In this document: positions 1 to 12,662 of the stretch, in pieces
How the letters are laid out: each line of letters begins with the position of its first letter
Numbering within the stretch: position 1 is the first letter of the stretch
Origin: Nemertoderma westbladi
Taxonomy: Eukaryota > Animalia > Xenacoelomorpha
Direction of reading: 5' to 3'
Assembly (NCBI GenBank): GCA_032718475.1
Contig: JAUCBJ010005362.1
Coordinates: forward strand, 1-43,226
Length of the DNA stretch: 43,226 nt
Program-made: the position numbers and the translations under genes
The notes under the pieces: model-generated
What the model was told of the DNA's origin: nothing
Databases searched by the model: none
Seen by the model: only the letters and a program-made list of their open reading frames with translations

Positions 1-531
1 CTCTACTAACCCTTCCCGTCCGATGTTCGCTGAGTCGGCTAACATCTTCCTTACCTTGTCCGTCGTCCGAGTTATATGTCCGGCGTGCGCGCGAAGTTTC
101 TTCTTTATCGCGATATCAAGTTCTCTCTCGCTTACCTGACTCACACTCGGTGGACTTGAAGGATTATTTCGGGAACTACGGGTACTCCTAACAGCCGTTG
201 GGACCACGGCACTTACCATACCCACAGGTCTGGAAACCGGGCTCCGGGCTCTCGCTTCTGCTACACTACCCTGCCTATCACTCACCTCTGTCCGGGCTGC
301 TGTGCGGTCCTTCCTTACAGTAGTGGTAGGGGATCCTAATACTATTACCTGAGGTAGTTCTTCTTCCTCACTAGTCACTGTCTCGTCCTCCTGTTCACTT
401 ACGTCAGCGTCGCTCGCTGCGTCGTCATAGTCGGCATTGTCGTCAACAGTAATATTTACGCTATCGTCAGTCGGCGGTCCAGCCGCCGTCTCATAGCTGT
501 CCTCTAGTGCCTCTTTGTCTGAGACACTCAT
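1..531 (-). CDS. gag: N-terminal 177 aa of a probable BEL/Pao Gag (open at window start; not in ORF track)
   Basis: Manual translation from ATG at 531 has no stop to position 1: MSVSDKEALEDSYETAAG...acidic tract...ELDIAIKKKLRAHAGHITRTTDKVRKML. The RxHxGHITR helix resembles BEL/Pao Gag N-termini. No diagnostic core domain is inside the window. Confidence 0.65.
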   Translation of the reverse strand, partial: MSVSDKEALEDSYETAAGPPTDDSVNITVDDNADYDDAASDADVSEQEDETVTSEEEELPQVIVLGSPTTTVRKDRTAARTEVSDRQGSVAEARARSPVSRPVGMVSAVVPTAVRSTRSSRNNPSSPPSVSQVSERELDIAIKKKLRAHAGHITRTTDKVRKMLADSANIGREGLVE

Positions 532-1374
532 AGTCTTAATAATGTTTGCCTTCCGGCAAAAATCTCGCAAAAGTTCGAGATATAATTATAATTTAACCGA
601 AATACGGTCAAATTAATTGTCAAATAATCAGTTGGTCCAAAATGTCAAATAAATTCGCAATGCAATATTGTGAATTTAATGGGGTATATAGTTATAGCAA
701 ATACTAGCACAATATTTAAACAAAAATATTATTATATAGCTACTATATAATATTAAATACCGGTATAGCACAAAATAACCTTGAATCTAATACAAAATAT
801 TCAAAATAAACTTGCCACCCGAATATTTCTAATTTTATATATAGCTCTAATCAACGTAATTTTAATTTCAAATATTATATGTATCCACTAGCGCGTGGCT
901 ACATCTTCGGGTTGCGACTCTCTCTAACTCTCTCTCTAACTTGAGCGATTCAAAAACCATGGCCGGCTAAACCTAAATATCCTAACTAATAAATTGAGTT
1001 CAGCTTCGCAGTTAAACAACCGATAATTTTTTACTGCTTCCACAAACACACTGGTGCCAACAGAACAACTAACCTTGTTTGCTGTGAGATTCCACGTCCG
1101 CGTCCAAAGATTCAGTCCCTTCGCTGATTGCAAACCGAACCCGCAGACCCACACGAACCCCAAACTCAGAAGTTCCGTCTTGCCATGTATCTCCAGATGG
1201 TATAAAATAACTAAACGGTTACCTAACATACCGGTACAAAACTCTAGAATTTTACAAAATAATTTTGACCGAAAACTGAATTCTCGCAAACCTAGCTAAA
1301 ATTTTCAAAAAACTTACTAATTACAGTTTGCCCTAAGGCCCAAGGAACTGCTGTATTCGCAATTAGCAAAAACG

Positions 1375-1890
1375 CACTACCGTACATTCACTGTATGCAG
1401 TACAGTAAGTAAAACAGTACACCAACCTAACAGCCTACAGGCCTAATGATACTGTGTGTGGTACGGCAAAACAAATGTCCCTTCTACCGTACGCAGTAAC
1501 AGCAATCAGCCTAATGTACTACTGTACTATCGTACGCAACCAGTGAATACAGTAATCTAAACAACAGCCTAAGAATACACTATTGACCGCTGCAAGCAAC
1601 AGCCAATAAAAAACATACCTTACTGTTACGAAGTATCAGTAAATCTAAATCTTCACGGCCTAAGAATATACTCTATGTCCTACTGTACGCGGTAGGCCTA
1701 CAGCAGACAATAACACGTGCTTTACTGTTAAAAACAGTAAAGCAATAATACAGTACACTAACAGTACCTAACAGCCTAAGAATACACTCTATGTTCTACT
1801 GTACGCTGTACAGTATACCTAATACAGTAATCTTAATCGTACCTTACTGTACGCAGTACAGCAAAACAATGCGTGCTTTACTGTTAAACA
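1375..1890. repeat. Degenerate tandem array in the retroelement leader
   Basis: GCCTAAGAATA at 1567, 1658 and 1774, GCCTAATG at 1441 and 1509, duplicated CGTGCTTTACTGTTAAA, and many TACAGTA/TACTGTA motifs. Confidence 0.7.
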
Positions 1891-3384
1891 AACTACCCCG
1901 GCCTAACCAATAAAGACACAAAACTGCAAACTGCTCTATTTATTAGACAGGGCAATCAGGAGCGTATTATTGCTAATGTGAGGGGCTGCTAAATACAAAA
2001 CCGCTACTTACCGTTAGATGGCGCTAACCTGCCGTCCGCTAATATGTTTTACTAATTTTCTACCAGTCTACGGCTCCTGCTAATTTCTTGTTCCTTTCTC
2101 TACCAATTACTCGATAGAGAGCTAACTGTTCGAATATATGAGCCACGCGGGAATAACCAAAACAACAAACCCGAATCGGCTCCCTAAGCTGACTTAAAAC
2201 GAGTGTGAGAGGTTTTACACTCAGAGTATATTCTTACGCCTAATCTTACTGTTAAAGTACGCCAATGCCTACGTCTTTTCTAATCGCGAATACTGGGGGT
2301 TCCCTAACGGAATGTGTGAATGCGAGAATATTTAAAATAATCAAAGTGGTACAGTGTTTATTAGGGCTAATACCTATAGTGGGACTAAACTTGTCTGCGG
2401 CTGGCTTTAGGCCAGCAAATTACTAATGCGTTTTGCGTACTGAATACTGCTATCTAGCTTATTGCCCGCTAATTAAAATAACCGCTCAGCGTGAATAGTT
2501 TACGGTACTCTAATTATTACCTTAGCTACTCTCCGCTATGCTGCGTACTAATTCTTAATTTTACTAATTAATTACAGTCACAAATATGTAACAGCCTAAA
2601 ATACTGTATTACTTTGACCTAATCAGTAATTATTTACAGTAAACTAAGAGATAGAAATCAATCAAAGGGAAAAGAGCGCCTATCTAAGCATTCGTAATCT
2701 TAGGCACACTTTAGTAACACACCAATCAGCGTCAGCAATCACAGCTCGCAATGCGCGATTCACAATTGTACAATCCGCAATGCACGCAATTAGCAATTAC
2801 ACAGCACAATATAATAATTCGCAATACTGCAATACATGCAATTCGCAATTGTAAAGCACGCAGACCTCTCCCGGGTACATCTAGGCTTCCTAACTAACCC
2901 AATTCCTGCCCCCCTAATACTAAATAGAGACAAAACCTGGATCATCAGCCCCCTAATTACTGTACCAGCGAGCTGCCCCCACGCTACAATGCAAATTGCC
3001 CGACCGCAACGGTGACCCCCCGCCAGCGTTGCTCGCCTTTGAATCCTCCGCTCCCTTCGTCGCTAACCCCCCGATGTGCCCACCGCCCACTGGCGCCTTA
3101 GCCCTCCATTATGCTAATAGCTACCGTAGCGGCGCATGCAAATCACAAAGTCTGACAGTCTCAGAAATCCCTTAGGATTATTGCGCAGAAAAGAATCACA
3201 TAGAACCATTAATCAAAAGGTAGAAATCATAGTTCAATTGTAATTAGCAGTAATCGAAGGAATTATTGAGAAACACAAGCAAGTAATCGCACTAGCAAAT
3301 CATTTCAAGAAATTAATCAAATTAGCAAATTGCAGAAAATACGATATCCTAATACAAAATTAGAGACAGCTCAGCAAGTACAAC

Positions 3385-3560
3385 AGCAGTGACTGATTGA
3401 AAAACAGTAAAACAGGTTGAACAGATAAGGCTCTACCGGCACACCGCCAATTTATAGGTGATCCGGGTGGGATGATGCAATAGGGTGACTCAATCGCTCT
3501 CCTATTGGCTCTCCAGTCCATGCTAGCATTAGACCAACCTGGAAGCAGTTAATCCAATAA
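3385..3560 (-). promoter_or_regulatory. Putative LTR Pol II promoter
   Basis: TATAAA on minus at 3451-3456, CCAAT motifs at 3504-3508 and 3554-3558, and TCAGT initiator-like sequence downstream. Confidence 0.5.
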
Positions 3561-3867
3561 GGAGGCCGGATTGTAGCCCTATTGCTCAAATTATTACCAT
3601 ATATGGTAATGGTTCACGTCTCTGGCTGCTGAATGGCCAGGACGGCGTCCCTATATGCTAGCCCTATCAAACTAATATCAGCAAGCACAAAATCCAGGGT
3701 CCGAATAAACTCGCTACCCTGGAACTATCTACATATATCCTAATACAAAATTACGTAGGTAGGGCTACATACTATACAAAATGAATGGATGCAAAATATA
3801 TGGGCGTTTTAACTTCCTTACCTAAATGTCACCACACTGTGCCTTATCTAAATAATTATACTGCACA

Positions 3868-3953
3868 ACGGACTAATATTACGTACAGTATAACGGACTA
3901 ATATTGCATACTGCATAATGGACTAATACTGCATACAGTATAACGACTAATAA
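3868..3953. repeat. ~25-bp tandem repeat, ~3.5 copies
   Basis: Units of ACGGACTAATATTRCRTACWGYATA next to the candidate LTR start. Confidence 0.85.
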
Positions 3954-4389
3954 TGTGGATACAGCGCCATATACCGTAACACCCCCTCCTATGCCCCACA
4001 CAATACAATCGTGTTTTTTTCTGCTACTCGAGATTTGAACCCTCCAAATATAAATTTAGATGCTTAAATTGAATATTCATTTTCATTTACCCTGCGGCTC
4101 ATGTCTACTCTCATCCAAACTGGTTGATTGATATTTGCCCAACTCCCAATATTTTTTCTTTCTCACACTTTCTCACATCTAGACAATTATGATAATATCA
4201 CATATCTGAACATAAATAGAGGTACCTATACAGAACAAAGTTTCAATACAGAAATCAAAATACTATTCCTTCATTTTCTATTGTCAATTTTAATTACCGT
4301 AATTTTTAATTTTAATTTTAACTTTAAATTGTAAATTTTAATTACAAAATATATCATCTGAACTGACTTCTTATTATTAATTGATGTAC

Positions 4390-4790
4390 AACTTTCTCAG
4401 AAACATTTTTAGCTGAACAATCGAACATAAACCTATTAAAAATAAATGGCTACAAATCATTTATAGATAGTCGTAAAGTAGGTAAACTTGACAGGGGTGG
4501 TATGGCGATATATGTGAAGGAACATTTTGAGGCTTCGGAAAGACAATATTTGAAAAGGAGGGACCTTGAAAACTCATGGATCAAAATTAAACACCCCAAA
4601 TCCAAACCTTTACTTGTAGGAACTCTATATCAACCAGAAACGATGAAACGCAACGACACTTCTTGACTCGACTCTTGTCTACTCTAGCTAACACCCGACG
4701 CAACGACACTTGACTCGACTCTGTCTACTCTAGCTAACACCGGATGCGACGTAATTATTACTGGTGAAATTAACATCGACTTACTACCAA
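4390..4790 (+). pseudogene. APE endonuclease remnant of a CR1/L2-type LINE
   Basis: Translates SETFLAEQSNINLLKINGYKSFIDSRKVGKLDRGGMAIYVKEH...LLVGTLYQP...DVIITGEINIDLL, matching the SETWL, GGVAIYV and GDFNIDLL motifs. Contains a ~48-bp tandem duplication at ~4648-4750. Confidence 0.8.
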
Positions 4791-5092
4791 CTTATAAATA
4801 CAAATAATTTATAATATTGGATGAATTGGCAATATTTGAATGGCTTTCCCATGAATTTCTTATTTTTTTCTCTACCTTTTAAAATGGGCAGACCTTGGCC
4901 AGACCATATTAACTTTATTGAGGACAAGTACTGTATTCTTTGGAGATAATGTATCCATAATACTACTTGATACAACCACATTCAATTTCCTGTCATCGCT
5001 ATCTATGATTTATCTTCCTTATTGACAGCGACACTCAATGACTGTGAATAATGATTGCTTAAAGGACTGTACTACTAACTCTGAAAAACCTG

Positions 5093-8034
5093 GGGCGGGC
5101 GACAAGAAGCTCCGTTAGTGCTAACGGCGCCGTTAACTACAATTTTGAGCGACACGAAACCTCCGTTAAATTAACGCCGGCTTTAACTATCGGAAGCCAG
5201 CAACTCGAAGCTCCGTTACACTAACGGAGGACTCTCCGTTAAGGTATTTTACACCATGCACCAGAAGGCACCTTTAAGGTTCCGTTAAGAAATATTTTGT
5301 ATTCTACTCTATATAACTAATAGACGAGTCAATCTAGCCGAAAAAGGGGGTCAACCCATAACAAATTCGCAATTCATCCAAACCAATTTTTTGTTATTCT
5401 ACATTACCTTGTTAATACCTCCAAAAAAGCCTATAAAAATATATTATGCGGATCTCCTTCAATTTTCTGTTTCTTTCCTTAGCAACATGGATTTTACAAG
5501 GGGTCTATTGGTGGGATTTTCTCCAAATTTGGTACAGACAAACTTTACTCTAATGACTATCGATTGACAGAAGTATGCACTTCTAGATAGTTACCAATTT
5601 AGTTTCCAGAGCAAAGGAAATTTGTCTAATCAGTTAACTATTATTAATACCAATTTTGCTGGTACAATATAAGGACCTTATTTACACAACTTCTCTACTA
5701 AACGGGTGGATGTAACCTCGCCCATCGGATTTATCGAACTCAAAAACCCTTATCCCCAAAAAATGTATTTGTTATATTATAAACTATTGTAAAACAAATA
5801 AATAAATTACACCTAAAATCAATAGAGCAATCACAATTTAATTATGTGAAACATCTTCACTAACATTAATAGTCGAGTCAATCTAGCAAAAAACCCATAA
5901 GTATTTCGCAATCAATCCGAACCACACATTTTGGATTCTTATAAATGACCAAAAAAGTCTACAAAATTTTATTTTGCAGATCATATGTTTATTCATGGAA
6001 ATTCTGCGTAGATTTGTATAACACAAGCCAAACAAAAGGAACAGTAGGGAAAAGTAAGTAGCAAATTGGTGATGTTCCAGAATAATTTAATTAATTTCAC
6101 AATAAGCTGTGATTCAATGGGAAATTAGTAATATTTACACTGGCGTGTTACACATTAATTGCTATATATCGGTAACTAGAAGTCGTATCAAATTTTTAAA
6201 TATATCAAAAACTTCTCGATATATTAAGCTAACTGTTGTAAAAATTTATACAATTCCACTGCAAGGAAATTTCATAATTTCCATTAATGTTAGTGAAGAT
6301 TTTTCACATAATGAAATTGTGATTGCTCTATTGATTTTAGGTGTAATTTATTTATTTGTTTTAGTTTGAAAACCACAATAGTTTATCATATAACAAATAA
6401 ATTTTTTGGGGATAAGGGTTTTTGAGGTCTATAAATCCGATTGGCGAGGTTACATCCACCCGATTAGTAGAGAAGTTGCGTATATAAGCTCCCTATATTG
6501 TACCAGCAAAATTGGTATTTAAAATAGTTAAATTATTAGAAAAATTTCCGTTGTTCTGGAAACTAAATTGGTAACTATCTAGAAGTGCATGCTTCTGTCA
6601 ATCGATAGTCATTAGAGTAAAGTTTTCTGTACCAAATTTGGAGAAAATCCCACCAGTAGACCCTTGTTGCTATGTAAAATCCATGTTGCTAAGGAAAGAA
6701 ACAGGAAATTGAAGGTGATCCGCATAATATATTTTTATAGACTTTTTTGGGGGTATTAACAAGGTAATGCAGAATAAAAAATTGTATAATTTTTTTACAA
6801 CGGTTACCTTAATATATCGTGAAGTTGTTGATGTATTTACAAATTTGATGCGACTTCTAGTTTCCGAGATATAGCAATTAATGTGTAACACGCCAGTGTA
6901 AATATTACTCATTTTCACATTGAATCACAGCTTATTGTGAAATTAATTAAATTATTCTGGAACATCACCAATTTGCTACTTACTCTTCCCTACTGTTGCT
7001 TTTGTTTGGCTTGTGTTAATCAAATTTACGCAGAATTTCCATGAATGAACATATGATCCGCAAAATAAAATTTTATAGACTTTTTTTTGGTCATTAATAA
7101 GGTAATATAGAATCCAAAATGTGTGGTTCGGATTGATTACGAAATACTGATGGGTTTTTTGCTAGATTGACTCGACTATGTATAAATACATTCTGAAAAA
7201 CTATATTTATAGCTTTCATAGTATATAACTTGAATTCACGTTGTGTGACATTCAATAATCTTCGCATTATCCAAGTCTATTTGTCGGTAGTTCTAATTAA
7301 ACAATGTGGCGCATTTTGTTCTAGAACAATTATTATTTGTTCTAGAACAAACAAACAAAAAACTAGCTAATTTGTTAATTTTTTATTCCATGTTATCTTT
7401 GTATCACATATTTAATAAAAATCACTAGCTACAATGAAAATTTGTAGTTGTTGGTAATTGTTTTTAACACATACTAATCAAATAAAAGGACCTGTTCCGT
7501 GTTCAATCACAGTTAAACACAGTTCAACATAGTTTTCCGTCATCAGTTAGACCCTTTCAGCAATCTTCGAGATACATAATTTAACGAACGATTCCTCAAT
7601 GACCAGGTGGAAGTCGTTGGTCATTGAGAGATAGAGTAGATTTCTACCCAATACTCGGGCACTCCATATGCTCTATTACATTAGTTGTTTTGATGATGTT
7701 ACATTCCCGATCTTAACATTAATTGTGTGCGCTATTGCCTAAACATGAAACTGTAGCGGTAGTATTTGCTGCCTTTGGTGTACATTATTTTTTAGACGGC
7801 ACTCCAACAATAACATTATCGAGTTGCCTAAGCAACCACAACAACATTCACGTGTACGCAACTTTATCATCATTTGGAAAGTATCACTTTTATTACTAAC
7901 GGAGCCTTAATGGAGAACTCACTAACGGAGGCCTAAATACTCGTTCGTGTCGCCCATTATGAGTTCTCCGTTAAGTGCACTTCCGTTAAACCTCCGTTAA
8001 CTTTAAAATTAACGGAGTTTCGTGTCGCCCGCCC
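5093..8034. mobile_element. PIF/Harbinger-like non-autonomous DNA transposon with a nested insertion
   Basis: TIRs GGGCGGGCGACA(A/C)GAA(G/A)CTCCGTTA at both ends, flanked by CTG (5090-5092) and CAG (8035-8037). Many subterminal CTCCGTTA/TAACGGAG repeats. Superfamily inferred from TIR and target style. Confidence 0.7.
5320..7179. mobile_element. Composite foldback element with long inverted repeats (possibly Mutator-like)
   Basis: Terminus ATAG(A/T)CGAGTCAATCTAGC at 5320 and 5869, inverted at 7179. 5390-5870 is inverted at 6283-6780, and 5869-6255 is inverted at 6780-7179. Possible degenerate 9-bp TSD ATATAACTA/GTATAAATA (7/9). Confidence 0.75.
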
Positions 8035-8286
8035 CAGATTGTTTCTTACTTTTGGCCAATCGTTTTATAGTATGATCTTTATCCATTTATAATTATTAGA
8101 TGATTCCTTCATTTTCATTCTACCATTTGAAATAAATCATTAGATGATTCCTTCATTTTCTTTCTAGAGACTCTCATGTGTGCAGTTATTAATGCACCCC
8201 ATGCCTATCCCTATTGTGTTTGTTTATAGGACTTAGCCCATACACTAGTCCTACTAGGATCGGCATGCTGCATTGCAGCTGCATTT

Positions 8287-9059
8287 TTAAGAATGCTGTG
8301 CCGGCTTGTCAACAAAATTGCACCGCCACAACTCCCTATCACCCATGACATTTGCTAGATCATCCGCATCTTTAAGGCCAGTGTCCATTAAGATGCGTCT
8401 CAAGAAAGTCATGGGCTGTCCACCATGCTTATTCACTCCATGAGGCTGCCAAAGTACAAGATTATGCACTGGCTGGTCCTCACGGCGAAAGCAATGTCCT
8501 GCAAAGCGGAGGCGATTTTGTTCTAGTGTCAAGCTTGGGGGAACCAATGAGACACCTCCAATGTTATATAGTGTCTATATGTGTGCATTGTACTTGACAC
8601 AATGAACCCGGCGTATCATTCTTGTGAATGTGCCATCCAGAGATTTGGTGTCCTCAGCAGTTAGAGCCCAGCATGGACTCCCGTAGAGGAGTACTGGAAC
8701 TACTGCTGCTCTAAATAATCGGACCTTAAGTTTCCGATTAATTCTCGGTGACTTCCAAATCCTGGAAAGCCTATTCAAGGCTGCCCATGCCTTTCCCTTA
8801 CGTATTCGAAGGTCCTCACCTGACTTCCGGATCCATGATCCCAGGTAACAGAAGTCGTCCACATGCTCAAGCATACCATCCTTTGAGCTTATGCTCATCC
8901 GATCAGAGACTTGCTGAGGACTTTCAAAGTTAACTGTCAGAATTTTGGTCTTTCTGGAGTTAATAAAAAGACCAACACTAGAAGCAGCATGTTCTAATGA
9001 GCTGAGGAGCCGTTGGGCTCCCTCTAATGATTCTGAGAGTACTCCTAAGTCATCACTAG
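8287..9059 (-). pseudogene. 5'-truncated RTE-clade LINE fragment (RT C-terminal part)
   Basis: DDLGVLSESLEGAQRLL...DDFCYLGSWI...VLLYGSPCWALT...RLRFAGHCFR, split over two ORFs. Homologous to the RT at 27440-29011. Confidence 0.9.
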
Positions 9060-9627
9060 TCCAACAGCCAGGCACCTCAGTAATATATTGGCCTAAATTA
9101 GTTCATTGCTTTAGGCTAACAGTATAATAGGCCTAACCCTACCATAGATAATGTACCGGTACAGATGAGGTAGGGACTAATTACTCCACCTCCTACCACA
9201 TATTCACAGTTCGCACACCATCCAATTGATTTGATCGAAAAGGTCGAACAATGCTAAACCAAATATGCAGTAAGGTACTGGTATTTTTACTGGTTTTAGT
9301 GCATAACTACATTTTACTCACCAGCCAATTGATTTGATTTAAATAACGCACAAACAGTGGGAAAATTACCTACTTCCAATCAGTAACTTAACAAAACAAG
9401 CAGCAATTTTCAAATCAGAAGCATTATTGAGAACGTCAGGTTCGTCAGATTCAAATCCCAATCCGGAATGGTCATATTAATGCATAGCATTAGCTTCTCT
9501 AAAATATTTCTGAAATTGACTCAAATTGTAATTTTTTGTTGGTAAACAGTCGGTGCTTGCAAATAGGTAAAGAATCTTAATTCAATATAAAATATCGTTT
9601 GATCGAAGCCTTAATATGTCTTCAGAC

Positions 9628-9645
9628 ATTAAATGTTTAAGGGAT

Positions 9646-9676
<31 letters not shown>

Positions 9677-10125
9677 TTAGTCCCACTAGGGCTTTTTCTT
9701 ATTTTGTACATTTCTCCAATGTGTTTGAAAAATGCATAGAATACGATATACCATCGAAAAGAGAGTCATAAAAAGTACATAAAAATTAAAATAATAAGTT
9801 TTTTTGGCGCCCTGCTTCAGATTTTAAAAATTTCACTAAAAAGACTATTCCGAGCCAAAATTATATTTGGGAAGGTTTTCGGGGTCGCTGACTTCATTGC
9901 CGATGTCAGTTTTTAATATTTGGTGGAATGTAGTATGTCAGTCTGTCGGTTGTCTGATATTCCACGATAACTCGAGAACTAAAAGATATCTCTCTTAGCC
10001 GGTTTCAGATTTGAAATCCCCATCAAATTCTGCTCTAGATGCAATAAAAAACAAGTTTCTGAAATTTTTAGCGATGGGGGGGGGGGGGGTTGTCTCCCCC
10101 CCCCCCCCCCCCCCCCCCTTAAAAA
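9628..10125. mobile_element. Degenerate MITE-like element bounded by G/C homopolymers
   Basis: Long G and C runs near TTAA sites. Internal 9870-9957 is similar to the unit of the 35661-36198 tandem array. Ends not well resolved. Confidence 0.35.
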
Positions 10126-10896
10126 TCACTTCTATTTAACTTTGAAATTTGTTGTAAAATTTGAGAATTTTTAAGCAATGGCCTATATGATATATTACTA
10201 TTATTAAACAACGACAAATTAAACAAATATCCTATTGTCCGCGCTTTTGTGGACAGAAAAATTGTAGCTTTTAAATAAATATAATGACTTATCTTATTGC
10301 CTTATAAAATTCATTTTGTATAAGTTGATTCTACATATTATCAGTGAATTTACTTTGTTAATATTTATATAGAATATTTTCAATAAACAAACTAACACCT
10401 TTTTTACTGCCAGCCAACAAAAATATATTACATTGTGCATGAATGTAAGATGCAGTTTCTTAATAATAAACATATATTTGATTAATTTCCTGACAGTGAC
10501 ATGTGTAAAAATCTGATTACTTTGATTAGTTGACGTCAAGGCCAGCTATGACCACATTACCTTGTTCAGGCAGCTAGTGGAAGTGCAGGTGTATGGAATG
10601 TCATATATCCTGTTAATATGCGTGGCGGCGGCAGTATAATTACCGGAAATTCACACTAGAACCTTATCAAAAATTTGGTTGCCAAATATATAAATAGGAA
10701 TTTCTCCTGCATGGAATGGATTCTTGTTTAACCAATCAATAATAACCGACACCAGAACACAATAACAATAATTATTGTTATTGTTATTATCCTTAAATAA
10801 ATATTTACTGATACATCAGTCAAACCATATAGCTGCAAATTCCTATTAACGGGAAATATAAAAAGTAAAGTTAATTTTCTTCGGCCGTTAGGCCAG

Positions 10897-10938
10897 GGAT
10901 TACGCACAAAGTCTGACGACTTATTTCCAGTGCGGTCC
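10897..10938 (-). other. LINE 3'-terminal stem-loop, copy A
   Basis: GGAC-CGCAC-TGGAAAT-AAGTC-GTCA-GACTT-T-GTGCG-TAATCC; same length and fold as 31665-31706. Confidence 0.75.
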
Positions 10939-12662
10939 CCCCAGAACTTTACTCCCCAGAGGAAACTGTAGTACTCATTTAGCTACCATTTAAGGATGCA
11001 AGGCAGAGATGTGCCCTAAAGTAAATTACAATTGTTAAATCAAACCATAAAGTTAAATATTAAAAGTTTAAACCATATAAAATGATAAAACTAAACAGTA
11101 ATCACAAAGTGTATTGATAAAGATGAAAACGTGATAATTTTGATGATAATTTACTACAAATATATGTGTCACAGTTTATTATTTATATATACATGTTATA
11201 TGAGTGTATTTTTGAAGTTTGGACAAATAAAAGTGAAATAAATGCTTGTTTTTTATATTGATAAATGCACCACATTAATTTTACAATTTCTAATCTATAT
11301 AAGCCTTCAATTGGTAGGATGTTCAGTGATATATATATGGAATTGGAGTGAGCTTGTAAATGGGTGAATGACCCGTAATATTATATTATTTAATTTTATT
11401 CTGATTGGGTTTCTATATTTTTTGCAACAATTCACGCATAGGACGACGATTCCCTATAAAATATAAGGGTGTATAAGAGTGAAATATAATATATTCTAAT
11501 TTTAACATTTCATTTATCATCAATATATATTCCCAAAAATTTTGTTTCGTTTATACATTTTAATAATTTATTCTGAATTTTTATATTATTTTTTAGTATT
11601 TGAGCCTTAGAAAATAAAATAAATATAATATATTTAATATATTATAGATAAATTTATTGTCTGTTAACCATTCATCAAGTTTGTTTAATTCATTATTTAC
11701 TGATGTCAACAGTAGATTGGGGTTATTGTGTCTGATTAAAAGATTTGTGTCATCAGCAAATAAAGTTGTAATTAGTTTAGTACAATTCGGCAGATCATTA
11801 TTGTATAAAGTAAGAATAATGTTGCACTTAATATTGCACCCTGAGGAGTTCCACAAGTAGGCGTAAGTTGGTCAGAAGTTGTATTATTTATTACTACAGC
11901 TCTACTTACAGTTCTATCTGTCAGGCTTTTAATCAAACGGTGAGAATGACCTCTGATACCCTAGTATTGTAATTTATTGAAAATAATTTGGTGGTTTAGG
12001 GTATCAAAGGCCTTCTTCAAGTCAATAGAAATAAGGCACGCAGAGTCTTGGAGTCAAGCGAATCTTGTAGACGTTCCGTAATGCTAAGTATTGCGTAATT
12101 ATTTTTATCATGCGGGTCTCCAGATTTAAATACAGGGGTTACTCTAGCATTTTTTATTTATAGTGAAAAAAACAGATATTTTATTGATATATTAATTAAT
12201 TTGGTTAGGTGTGGAGCTATATCATATGCAGCAATCTTAAGTAATTTTACTGGGAAATTGTCATTTGTAGAGCTATTGTTGTTTACATCTATTATATTGT
12301 GAATCACTTCTATGTCTGTTGTTTCTAAAAGGTTAAAGCTATTGGGTTTGTTGTTACTTTTTTGGATTTTTTTCAGAAAGTTTGATCCTGGTCTGAGGGT
12401 CTGATTTAGGTTTTGAGTTGTATCAATATTTAGAAAAATGGGGTTTACATCTGTATGATTATCTGGTAATAAAATATCTTGTGGGTTATTATTTATAAAA
12501 ATATCGCCGTCCTCGCTGGCAATATTACTAAAAGGGAATAATTCCACGATACAATGCATTCAGTGTATTATATTGTTTAAATTTTGAGGTTTATTTATTT
12601 CAGTAATTTTAGAATGTGTTCACACTGGACATGATAGTGATATTTACAAATAGGGCACAATA

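Larger units (their letters stand above)
1..3981 (-). mobile_element. 5' part of an LTR retrotransposon (LTR, long leader, gag start); boundaries approximate
   Basis: Gag-like ORF preceded by ~3.4 kb of non-coding DNA with TATA/CCAAT motifs. Candidate LTR start TGTTACGG at 3981 (alternative TGTGGTGA near 3836). PBS and LTR 3' end not identified. Confidence 0.55.

Noticed and set aside
1168-1192. Candidate LTR end and PBS (TACA-TGGCAAGACGG on minus)
   Set aside because: I could not match it to a tRNA 3' end from memory, and no second LTR is available to confirm it.
936-1299. Two overlapping short ORFs in the left leader
   Set aside because: No recognisable motifs; they lie in presumed non-coding leader.
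3637-3649. 13-mer CCAGGACGGCGTC shared with 30193-30205
   Set aside because: No flanking similarity and different position relative to the TATA box; may be chance.
7490-7800. Possible Harbinger transposase traces on minus
   Set aside because: Only faint motif echoes across frameshifts; not supportable.
9648-10118. Long G/C homopolymers as functional G-quadruplexes
   Set aside because: Typical of MITE ends, and run lengths are prone to sequencing error.
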